The notes under the pieces: generated by a model | What the model was told of the DNA's origin: nothing | The model's database searches: none | Seen by the model: the letters and a program-made list of their open reading frames with translations, nothing else | Made by a program: the position numbers and the translations under genes | Assembly: GCA_030390025.1 (NCBI GenBank) | Contig: CM059432.1 | Coordinates: 128,032,001 to 128,096,000 of the forward strand | Source of the DNA: Squalus acanthias | Taxonomy: Eukaryota | Direction of reading: 5' to 3' | Length of the DNA: 64,000 nt | Shown here: one piece after another, positions 53,701 through 64,000 of the stretch | Layout: every line of letters starts with the position of its first letter | How positions within the stretch are numbered: position 1 is the first letter of the stretch

Positions 53701-54820
53701 GTTGGGAGAGAGTTTTTTCCAGGGGCGGACACAGAAGGAAGTAGGGGTTTGCGGAGGGGGAGACGGTGGAAGGGGGATGTGGGTGGAGAGCGATACGAGG
53801 AAGTGGTCAGAGACGGCCTTATCTGCGATTGACACGATGGGAATAGCGAGGCCACGAGGGATGGCAAGGTTGTGGGGGTGGCCATGAATATGGATTGGGG
53901 AGCTTACATGGAGGGAGAGATTAAGGGAGGTTAGGAGGCTAGTGAACTCAGACGGGAGAGAGCATGATGAATTGAGATGGAGATTGAACTCACCAAGGAT
54001 GAGAAGTCGCTCGGTGCAGAGGCTGAGGGAGGACAGCAGTGAAGATATCTCGGTAATAACATTTTTATAGTACTTGGGTGGGCGGTAGAGAACGAGAATT
54101 TTAAATGAGGTGAGAGGATTGGAATAAGATGAGATGCTCAAAGGAGGAGAAAGTGCCGGAGGAGTAGGGGGATAGACCAAGGTGTGATTGGTGACGAGAG
54201 CCACACCGCCACCTCGGCGGTCTGAGTGGGGCAAGTGGTGGAAGGTATAGCCAGGCGGGGAGGCTTCATCACCCCTCAACCAAGTTTCCATCAGGGCCAT
54301 GATGTTGATGTAATCATCCACGATAAGCTCATGGATGGCAAATGCCTTGTTCGCAAGTGAATGGACATTCTGGAGGGAGATGCGGAGAGGGTCGGTGATG
54401 GCTGACCCACTGCCAGCGTCCACAGGGTCAGTGCTGGGAGGGGTGATTTGGACGGGGAGGAGATTGGCAAGTTTAGCTCCCAGTGGGCGCCCTGGACGGG
54501 AAGGTCAGTGAGAGAGTAGATTGTTGGAGTTGCTGCTCATAAGGAGGCAGTGATGAGTGCACAGAGGGAAGCAGTAGGCATATCTAAGAAGGAGTCAAGC
54601 CTGGGAAGGCGGCAGGAGAGTAGGAAAGTCGAAGAGTAATGCAAGATTGGGGTAGGGATTTGGGAGGGCAGAGTATCAGAGAGAGGAGAGATGAAAGGAG
54701 GTATGATGACAGGAGAGAGCGGTCAGGGAGGAATAGAGAGAAGGAAAAGGGGAGAAAAAGTGGGGAAAAAAATGAACGGCTCGGGTCCAGAGCGGCAGCC
54801 AAAGTGCGCACGTGAATGGA
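50772..54820 (-). mobile_element. L2-clade LINE 5' half (APE endonuclease), split by a CR1 at 51330-53538; RT half missing
   Basis: ORF 53539-54423 LQNVHSL...ETWL...GGGVAL...LYRPP...SDHF. The reading '...SHPGR' resumes as 'WYGPHLRSLKSKGRRL' left of 51329. Confidence 0.8.
51330..53538 (+). mobile_element. CR1 LINE (different subfamily) nested in L2
   Basis: ORFs 51385-51666, 51809-52270, 52349-52786 and 52861-53448 with RT motifs. Tail ttcttatgttcttatg. Confidence 0.9.
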
Positions 54821-55019
54821 CACTGGAAAAGCTCAGGTTACATAAGCCTGGTTAAATGTAGATTTAAAAATTCAGGTGACAGGTTTAAAATATAATTTCT
54901 TGTACTTTGTGTATTGTGCCATTGCTGAACCAAACACAATTATAAATTTAACATATCTTTATGGAGAAAAATTCCATTGTAAGTGCTTTTTCTGGCAATA
55001 TCTCGGGTTGTATTTTAAG

Positions 55020-55158
55020 TGATGTTTCATTTGCTTCTGCTGAATTTTCTAATATTTTTATTTTTTACCCTTTGCACTTTTTTCCTCCTATAAATGCTTT
55101 TGCCTTTCCTGATCAAAGTCTAGGAGAGTAAGTTCCAGTTTTAATTAAGATTTGCATG
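55020..55158 (+). promoter_or_regulatory. Microexon splicing signals: branch point ctaat (55049-55053), ~97-nt AG-free zone, UGC motifs, downstream TGCATG (55153-55158)
   Basis: Motifs read directly. Their layout matches SRRM3/4- and RBFOX-regulated microexons. Confidence 0.7.
55119..55127 (+). CDS. ASAP1: ASAP1 9-nt alternative microexon encoding SRR
   Basis: gatcaaag|TCT AGG AGA|gtaagt, phase 0-0. Gives ...QKE-SRR-DSQSRQ..., the insertion I recall from mammalian ASAP1 isoforms. Confidence 0.9.
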
Positions 55159-56151
55159 TAGGTTATTTTATCTGTTTCATTTTATGTATGTAGGAAACCT
55201 ACTTTATGTTGTTCACCAATCTCAAATCATTGCGTCAGATTTGCCTAGCAATTCTTAACCAGACATCAATGAAACCAGTATGAATGCAAGTATAAATGGC
55301 AGTAGGAACTCGGAGAGTAACTATTAGTTCTAAACAATAACTAGCAGAGTGCTGTTGTATAAACATGCTATAGTGATATTTGGGAGCAAAATAAATAAAC
55401 TGAATCCTAAATATAGGTTTAATCTTCATTTGACCAAAACTACTTTCACGTCGATTCAATTAAAACTCTAAGTTGGGCAAATGAAGATCATGATACAATA
55501 AGATCAGAGTCTTAACCTCAATTTGGACTCAACAGTATAAATTGTCCTGATTTTTAAGAATCCTATGTTACAAATTCTACAACGCAAGGCTGTGCTTAGA
55601 CTTGATTGAAGAATTGAGAATAGAAAAAGGTACTTAAATAAACCTTGACCAATGTTATGACAAGACTCAGTTTATCAAGTTCGAGAGATACCGAGTATTT
55701 AAGTTGTTCCATGCTGTGCCTGATTTGTAGATTGGATTTGAACAATAATGTTTTGTCCAGTATTGATTGATCCACATTGGTGTGCATGTTTGTTTCAAGA
55801 TGTTAAAAGGCACATGTTCATTTTAGTCACCCTATTGCCATTGATCTTTAACTTGCATTAATAGAGTCAATAAATAAAGCATTGATTAAAAGCATTACAA
55901 TATCTCCGATACAAGTAAATGTTAGGGAAACTAAACTGTTAATACACCTGACTGATAAATTAAGACCAACCTGCAAGTTAGCTAGTTGACTGAATAATCA
56001 TGGAACTTCTATTGTTTTGTTTGTTTTTGTTGTACCTTGCATCTTCTCGGTCTTCTGCACGGCACTACTCTACTCTTTCACATCTGTTTTACTCTGTTTG
56101 GTTTTCCATTGTGTGTGCTGTTCATAGTTACAACCTATTGGTTTCTCTTAG

Positions 56152-56252
56152 GATTCTCAAAGTAGACAGTCGGGATATAGTATGCACCAGCTTCAAGGCA
56201 ACAAGGAGTATGGCAGTGAGAAGAAGGGATATCTCATGAAAAAAAGTGATGG
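56152..56252 (+). CDS. ASAP1: ASAP1 coding exon (linker and PH start), DSQSRQSGYSMHQLQGNKEYGSEKKGYLMKKSD+G(split)
   Basis: tttctcttag|GAT acceptor and GG|gtatgt donor. 101 nt. Confidence 0.95.
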
Positions 56253-56935
56253 GTATGTATTTTTCTATGCTTAATAAACTAATAATGTTTATTGACTGTT
56301 GCTTCCAAATTGAAGGTGCATCTATTCACATTACACTACTCCAACACGATGCATGGATTTCACTAGAGTACCTTAAGTCCTTCTAACTCACTAAGTTTTT
56401 AGCATTAAAGCTGAATTTCAAGTGCAGAAAGTGTGAGTGATGTGTTGCAAAAATAATAATAAACTTATGTCCACAAGCTATTGGATTCAAAACTATCTTT
56501 CTGGTAGAAAGTGAAGCGAGAGATTCCAGGTTACCCAAATACATGAGCTAATATGTTTATAAAATTATTTCTTGAAATATATGGCTTAACTGTATAACAC
56601 CATGGCAATACACAGTGGAACCTCAATGAACTGTGTCAAAGAGTAGGTTTTCATCTGTGATTTCCCCCTTAGTTGTGCTGTTGTACAAGAGAGAGTAGAG
56701 TACAGGAAGAATTTTTTAGAAAATTAGATAATTAGTCACTGTGAACATTACCTCTTCTTGCGACATTGGTGGAGTCCTGGGAGCAAGTCTTAAGGCTAGC
56801 CTCATAGCTGAGCGAAGATATGCATTGGAAAGAGAGAAAAATAAGAACCATGTTTCAAAAAAGCCATTGGAATTCTGTTGAAGTGTAAATTAAGGGACAC
56901 TGTCCAGAGCATTGTCTTTTTAAAGCAATACTAAG

Positions 56936-57130
56936 TGTCGTAAGAATGAGCCTTACGCGTGGTGAACTTAAAAGTAAGCTTTAATCAACTAAAAAGGTGC
57001 TACATACAAAAGAGGTCTTACTCTATGCCTCTCCAGGATCCAACTGATCAGTCCAGTATTTATCCTGGACTAATCACAGGAAGTGATGCAATAAAGTTCG
57101 AGTCACAGGAAGCTGTATTGTGTTACCACA
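56936..57130 (-). repeat. 3' LTR (195 bp)
   Basis: Direct repeat of 61189-61382, adjacent to the polypurine tract. Confidence 0.95.
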
Positions 57131-57152
57131 TTCTCCCCCCCCCCCCAAAAGA

Positions 57153-60100
57153 TTAGGAGGCCGGGATGCTCCCTCCATTTCGTAGCCGCTGGACGACGGA
57201 GAGCCGCACCCGTTTGGGTTCTCGTAGCGGTAGAGGGCCCCTAGCCCGTTTACCCGCCGCGGGCCGTGGACCAGAGTCCGAGTGATCCAGCCCGCTCTGT
57301 GAGGGGTCAGGACGATCCTGACTGTGTACTGGTGCCCGAACGGGTGTCGGGCAGGGCTGTGGCAGATCCGTTTCCGAGCGTACGGTACGGGGTGGATCGT
57401 GGCTGCGCGTGCGAGCCCCGACGGGCTCATAGTCAGTCTGCCCCAGGTCGGCACGCTGGAGTGAGGTACCAGCCGGCGTCAGATCCAGATCGTGATGAGA
57501 GGCACCTGGCGAGCCCAGAGATGTGCCTGGTACAATATCATCCCCTGGTGTCCCTCTATGTTTCGGCGGGCAGGGAGCCAGATCCCGCAATGACACGGTA
57601 GATTCCCGACCGTCAGGATACCGAATATAGGCGTAGGTAGGGTTGACGTCAGTGAGCTCAACCTCATCTACCAGGGGGTCATTCTTAGACGCCCGGACAT
57701 ATCTTCGGAGTAGCACTGGTCCCTGGTGCAGTCAGCCACGACGGGAGAGATATCCCATAGGATGAGCGACGCTGAAATCGGAAGAACCGTTCATGAGGCG
57801 TCGTATTTGTGGCGGTCGAAAGGAGGGACCGTGTGGAGTGTAATGCGTCTGGAAGTACTGCTTCCCATTGCTGGTTGGGTAGGCCCCGAGATCTCAAAGC
57901 CAGACGTACCGCATTCCAGATGATAGCGTTATAACGCTCGACTTGCCCATTCCCGACCGGATGATAAGGCGTCGTTTTGCTGGCAGCAATACCCCGTTCC
58001 GAGAGATAGGCCTCGAGTTCTCCTGACATAAAAGAAGGGCCCCGATCCGAATGAACATAGGATGCCATGCCACAGAAAGCAAATACCTGCTCAAGGCAGC
58101 TGATAACCGTGGTCGTCAGCATATTGGGGCAGGGAAAGGCAAACGGAAAACGGGAATACTCATCGACCATGGTCAATAGATAAGTGTTGCGAGTTGAAGA
58201 GGGCAACGGCCCCTTAAAATCGATGCTAAGCCGTTGCATTGGCTGGGTCGCATGTATGAGTATACCACCCGAGGGGCGGAAAAACCGAGGTTTCAATTCC
58301 GCACAGACTCTGCAGTCCGAGCACATCTTCTTTACATCCCCGGTAGAGAATGGGAGATTTCGGGACCGCACGAAGTGTAGCATGCGAGTAACGCCCGGAT
58401 GACACAACCCATCATGGATGTCTACGAGCGTAGAGGGTGCCATGGCGGAGCAGAATGCTCGTGTGAGGGTATCTGGAGCCACATTCTCCTTGCCAGGTCG
58501 ATAGTGGATGGTGTAACCAAAAGAGGCCAATTCCAGCCGCCAAAGCTGGATTTTATTATTTTTAATTTTGGTCCGTTTTCGATTATCGAGCATGAAGGCG
58601 ACCGATCGCTGGTCCGTGATTAAGGTAAAGTGCTGGCGAGCTAGGAGATGACTCCACTTCCGTACTGCCTCTATGATGGCTGTAGCTTCTTTCTCGACTG
58701 GAGGATAATGTAGCTCAGCCCCTTGAAAAGTCCTGGACAAAAATGCCACCGGACGACCTTCCTGATTCAGAGTGGCCGAGATCGCCACCTCCGAGGCATC
58801 ACACTCAACAACAAAAGGAAGACTCTCATCGATGGAGTGAAGAGCCGCTTTCTCCAACTGTTTTTTCAGGAGGTTAAAGGCTGCAACAGCCGCTGTGTCT
58901 AGTGGGAATGTGCTGGCCTTCAGTAGAGGTTGGATTCGGTCCGAGAAGTTAGGAATCCATTTAGCATAGTATGCAAACAGGCCGAGGGCCCGGCGCAAGG
59001 AGGCCGGATTCTTAGGTGGCGGGAGTTCTTGGAGTGGGCGAAGCCTTTCAGGGTCAGGTTTAATGATGCCATTGCCCACACAATAGCCAAGGATGTTGAT
59101 GGTTGGTTGTGACTCAATGGATTTAGCCGCTTTTAATGTCAAATTACGGTGCTGGAGTGCATCCCAAAATCGTTGGAGATTGGCGTCATGTTCCCGCTGA
59201 TTGCGACCTGCGACAGTAATATTGTCCAGATAAGGAAACGTATCCTTCAAGTCTTCCTGTTTGACCAGGTCATCCATTGCTCGCTGGAAGACAGCCACTC
59301 CATTAGTGACCCCAAAGGGGAGGCGACGAAATTGATACAGCCGTCCATTGGCTTCAAAGGCCGTATACTGCTTGTCTGAGACCTTCAAGGGTACCTGATG
59401 ATAGGCACTTTTCAGATCATATGTTGAGAACACCGTGTACTCAGCCAGTTTATTAACCATATCATCGATGCGCGGCAATGGGTATGCGTCCAAGTCCGTA
59501 TATTGATTGATGGTCTGTGAATAGTCAATGCACAGCCGTTTCTTGTGAGGTTGTAGAGGGTTCTTAACAATAACGACCTGGGCGCGCCATGGCGACGAAC
59601 AAGGCTCGATGATATCCTCTGCTAAAAGCTGAGAAATCTCAGCCGCAATAAAAGACTGGTCTTCCTGACTGAAACGTCGTGACTTTGTTATAATCGGTTT
59701 GCATCGAGGAGGGATACTGGTAAACAGTGAGGGTTCATCCAGTGAAGCTGCTGACAATGCACAGAACGGTAATCGAGGTCGTATATTAGAAATAGTGAGT
59801 TCAGGTTTGGATCCGCCGAACTCAATGGTGAGCTTCTTATGCTGCTTTTGAAAATCCAGCCCTAAGATAAGATCACTACATAAGTCCTTGAGCACCGAAA
59901 GCCGGGTGGAGGGATACCTGTGACCATTAAGTGTTATTTCAACCATACAAAAGCCAGAAATTCTGGTATTAAGTGATGACTGAGCCATCGCAACTGCCTG
60001 GTCCGATGGGAAAACATGTAGCTTTAACTCTGCAACAATCTGTTCCCTAATGAAACTATCAGTGCTACCTGAGTCAATTAAGGCATCTAAAGTATGTCCA

Positions 60101-61110
60101 TTAATTGATGCTTTTGTAGCTGCATGGAATAGGTTCTGAGGACAAGCAGCTGTAATTGGTGTCGTTGCACAAAGAGTGGCTGAAACTCTAGGTGTGTTTC
60201 TTCGAGAGGAAACCCGAGAGGAAGCACGATAGATTTTAGCCGGAACATCTTGATAGGCCCTTACCGGGGCAGTTCGGTAGGACTTAGCTTGATAAGCCCT
60301 TGTAGAGGCTCTTGATAGGCAAACCTGTGCAAAATGACCCTTTTTGTTGCAATGACTGCAAAACGCATTGCGAGCAGGGCAGAATTTCCGAGGGTGAAAC
60401 TCATCACCACAAAAGAAGCATTTCTTAGATTGCCAAGAGGCTGCCACAGTGGGGTCATCATCCTCTTCATCAGTGAAGTCATCAGATTGATCGTCAGGGA
60501 TAAAGACCTCCCTAATAGAGTTCACCTGTGGCCTCTTAAATTGCCTGACTGTAGTTAAGGCAGTAGACCGAGGTCTGGGCACTGTATAAAGGTCTGCATT
60601 TCTTTTTGCCAGATCTAGAGAGCAAGCCATGTCATAAGCTCTCTGAAGCTCAAGTGTCTTACTTTCCAGTAGACGCTGGCGTATAAATGGGGAGGCAAGC
60701 CCGCAGATGAAAGCATCACGGATCATTTCTTCATGGTACAGCTCAGCTAAGGCCGCCTGAAAGTTACAGTCCATACTAAGTCTGCGAAGCTCTTGGAGGA
60801 ATTTATCAATGGATTCCTCCGGCCCTTGTTGGGCTGTAGCTAGTAGATGTCTGGCATAGACCTCATTCGGTGTCTTAGTATATAGTCTCTTAAGCGTCCG
60901 AATTGCCTCCTCGTAACTGCCCCATTCCTCCACATACTGAAATACATTCGGGGTGACACAGTTGATGAGTATCCGTAACTTTGAGTCATCATCAGCCTTG
61001 CAATATTCAAGAAAATTGTCAAACGTGCGATACCAGTATTTCCACACCTTACCGGCTGCTGGGGTGTTTGGGTCCAAGTCAAGACGCGATGGTTTAAGGA
61101 TGTTTTCCAT
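57153..61110 (-). CDS. Gag-pol polyprotein (Gag Zn knuckles, protease, RT, RNase H, integrase) with a 1-bp frameshift at ~57721
   Basis: ATG at 61110 (MENILKP); CxxC..H..C knuckles; LIDSGS; YDLKSAY and YLDN; CDASE/EKEA/TDQ; HDGLCH..CRVC; IDFKG/SDRG/VERYN. Continues in ORF 57153-57716. Confidence 0.9.
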
Positions 61111-61188
61111 GATGGGTGATTCCCTAGATCCTGAGTTCCGAGTTCGTCCAAAAAGTTTGAGTGCGAAGTTTTTCAAAGTTGATTAAAT

Positions 61189-61382
61189 TGTCGTAAGAAT
61201 GAGCCTTGCGCGTGGTGAACTTAAAGTAAGCTTTAATCAACGAAAAAGGTGCGACATACAAAAGAGGTCTTACTCTATGCCTCTCCAGGATCCAACTGAT
61301 CAGTCCAGTATTTATCCTGGACTAATCACAGGAAGTGATGCAATAAAGTTCGAGTCACAGGAAGCTGTATTGTGTTACCACA
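61189..61382 (-). repeat. 5' LTR (194 bp)
   Basis: Direct repeat. On the - strand it has a TATA-like gataaata and an ATTAAA. Confidence 0.95.
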
Positions 61383-61717
61383 GTAAGGTTTACTTATTGA
61401 TGATGCAAAGTTTCTAGAATTGTAATGAGAAATAAAATTGCTAAGGAAATTGGTTATCTAACAGTTAGGAATGCACGAAGCAGTACACTGATTCTGCTAA
61501 ACTAATTGGTTGTGGTACATTAAAAGTTAACGGTGATGGAAATATACAGCAGGTCTGTCAGCCTTAGAAAAGAAGAACGATAGGTTAATATTTAAGGTAG
61601 AAACAGTTCATTCTGATGAAGGGTCCCTATCTGATATGTTAATATTTCTCTTTCCAGATGCTGACCAGCCTGTTGTGTTTTCTAGCTTTATTTCAGATTT
61701 CTGGTTTCTGCTACTTA

Positions 61718-62984
61718 AGTCATAGTCATAGTCATACGGCACAGAAGGAGGCCATTCGGCCCATTGAGTCCTGTGCCAGCTCTCTGTAGAGCAATCCAGT
61801 CAGTCCCATTCCCCCGCTCTATCCCCGTAGCCCTGCAAGTTTATTTCCCTCAGGTGCCTATCCAGTCGCCCCTTGAAAATATTGAGTCTCTGCTTCCACC
61901 ACTTCCGTTGGCAGCGAATTCCAGGTCCTCGCCACTCGCTGCGTAAAAAAGTTTTTCCTCACATCCCCCTGTATCTCTTGCCTAAAACCTTAAATCTGTG
62001 TCCCCTAGTCCTTGTACCATCAACTAGTGGAAACAGCCTTTCCCCATCTAGCCTATCCAAACCCATCATAATCTTGTACACCTCTATCAAATCATCCCTC
62101 AACCTCCTTTGCTCTAATGAAAATAAATCCAGCTTCTCCAACCTGTCCTTGTAGCTAAGATCCTCCATCCCTGGAGCAATTCTGGTAAATCTCCTCTACA
62201 CCCTCTCAAGGGCTTTCACATCCTTCCTATAGTGTGGTGACCAGAACTGGACGCAATACTCCAGTTGTGGCCTAACCAGCGCTTTATAAAGATTCAGCAT
62301 AACTTCTCTACTTTTGTATTCAATACCTCTATTTATGAAGCCCAAGATCCCATATGCTTTGTTAACCACTCTCAATATACCCTGCTACCTTCAGGGACCT
62401 ATGCACATTAACTCCCAGGTCCCTCTGTCCCTGCATACTCTTTAAAACAGTGCCATTTAGTAATATTGCCTCTCCCTGTTCCTTCTGCCAAAATACATCA
62501 CCTCACGCTTCTCTGTATTAAACTCCATCTGCCCATTCAGCTAGCCTTTCTATGTCCTGTTGTAGTCGATTGGTATCATCCTCACTGTTTGCCACACCTC
62601 CAGGTTTGGTGTCATCGGCAAATTTAGAAATTCTACTCTGTATTCCAATATCCAGGTCATTATATATCTCAAAAAAGAAGTGGCCCCAGCACTGACCCTT
62701 GGAGAACACCACTGTCTACCATCCTCCAGTCTGAAACACAACCATTTACCACAACTTGCTGTTTTATGTCGTTCAGCCAATTCCTTATCCAAGCTGCCAC
62801 TGACCCACCTATTCCATGAGCCTCAATTTTGTTAACCAGCCTTCTATGTGGTACTTTGTCAAACGTCTTCCAAAAGTCCATGTAGACAACATCCATTGCA
62901 TTCCCTTCATCAATCCTCTGTTACTTCATCAAAAAATTCAATTAGATTAATCAAACACAATCTGCCTTTTACAAATCCGTGTCT
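61718..62984 (-). mobile_element. 5'-truncated CR1 LINE
   Basis: ORFs with DVVYMDF..FDKVPH, KFADDTK and LEKLDLFSLEQRRLR. (agtcat)n tail. Confidence 0.85.
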
Positions 62985-63020
62985 GTGGCAAAAGCAGTAT
63001 GTGAATATATGTGTGTCTGT

Positions 63021-63651
63021 GGCTGAAATTTTGCTCACCTCGGCGGGGCCGATGTCAGTGGCGGGTCAAGGCCCCGCTGCTGGCTCCATCCCGCTGCTTA
63101 AAATGAATTTAGCTCAATGGGGCTTGTTAAGCCCGCCCAGCGTGTTTCCCGGCCCAATTAGATGGAGCAGGTTTGGTGATGTCATTCATGACGCGTCTTG
63201 AACCGGTTTCCTTAAAGGTACAATGGCCACCTTACTTTTGACATTTGTGCTGTCAGTGTTCTACAGCATTGAAGTGCTGCAAACACTGACAGTCACTGCA
63301 CAGAGGTGCAGGGCTGCACCCAGGTTCTCCCTTGACTCCCTCCATATGCTTTTCGAGGGAGTCAGAGTGCGCAGGGTGGTCCTCTTCCCTTCCGATGGGT
63401 GGAACAGACCTCCCCAGGAGACCAAGACAACCAGGTTGCACATTGCAGAGGAGGTCACAAGCAGGGATGTCGTCAGGAAGACTTGGGTGCAGTGGCGCAA
63501 ACCTTTCAATGATCTCATGAGATCAGGAAACGTGAGTACAAAGCCACACTCACCTTCATCCTGCTGTGTGTCTCATCACATCTCCATCACTCTGCCTTCC
63601 CTACCTAACTCCTGCACATCCTTACTCACACCAACTTACCTTGCACTTCCA

Positions 63652-63730
<79 letters not shown>

Positions 63731-63907
63731 ATTATCACATCCCCATCTCAGTAGCCACCCCTCACACTCACCCTCATCCTAGTGCAATCATACCAACTAA
63801 CAACACACAAGGGTAGCCACTTGGATTCCCGACCCGCTGTCAAAAAAATCAAATTTCCCACCCAACCCGCCACCGATCCCGCCCGCTGACCCCGGAAAAT
63901 TCTGGCC
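63021..63907 (+). mobile_element. Internally deleted Harbinger element with a Myb/SANT-like exon relic and 3-bp TSD tgt
   Basis: tgt|ggctgaaattt ... aaaattctggcc|tgt. Peptide AAPRFSLDSL...RRVVLFPSDG...WVQWRKPFNDL followed by a gtgagt donor. Confidence 0.7.
63657..63728. repeat. (CT)36 microsatellite
   Basis: Directly visible. Confidence 0.95.
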
Positions 63908-64000
63908 TGTGTGTTTATAAAGTGTATATATGAGGAGAAGCAGGAGTATTGTAATGCTGCTAATTTTGTACCACATGAAGTAACTATTTGGATTTTGTTT

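Larger units (their letters stand above)
56936..61382 (-). mobile_element. Near-complete Ty3/Gypsy LTR retrotransposon
   Basis: TG...CA LTRs at 56936-57130 and 61189-61382 (3 substitutions and 1 indel). Flanks ctaag/gtaag (5-bp TSD, 1 mismatch). PPT at 57131-57146. Single gag-pol ORF. Confidence 0.95.

Noticed and set aside
61111..61176. N-terminal extension of gag-pol in the ORF track
   Set aside because: It starts at TTG within the leader/PBS region. The first ATG at 61110 is more plausible.
1..64000. CRISPR arrays, rRNA genes or prokaryotic operons
   Set aside because: Spliced vertebrate gene context; no repeat-spacer arrays or rRNA motifs seen.

Overview
This is vertebrate nuclear DNA, most likely from a cartilaginous fish (inferred from the DeuSINE/CR1/L2/Penelope repeat mix). 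The window lies inside one + strand gene recognisable as ASAP1. Six constitutive GT-AG exons (2729-2778, 5834-5963, 7739-7824, 10127-10202, 16397-16483, 56152-56252) join in frame and encode the C-terminal half of the BAR domain and the start of the PH domain. A 9-nt 'SRR' microexon (55119-55127) carries typical neural-microexon signals. The introns are dense with mobile DNA: CR1, L2 and RTE LINEs (several nested), DeuSINEs, pogo/Tigger-like and Harbinger-like MITEs and relics, Penelope-type insertions with long TSDs and minimal hammerhead ribozyme motifs, and a young near-complete Gypsy LTR element (56936-61382, - strand). The most notable points are: (1) the Gypsy element has no tRNA-type primer-binding site, its leader is complementary to its own LTR, and its RT reads YLDN instead of YxDD; (2) the microexon; (3) an intact-looking minimal hammerhead ribozyme on the ASAP1 sense strand; (4) two CR1 copies fused 5'-to-5' into a ~1.3-kb inverted repeat. 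All calls are by-eye readings; no database searches were run.
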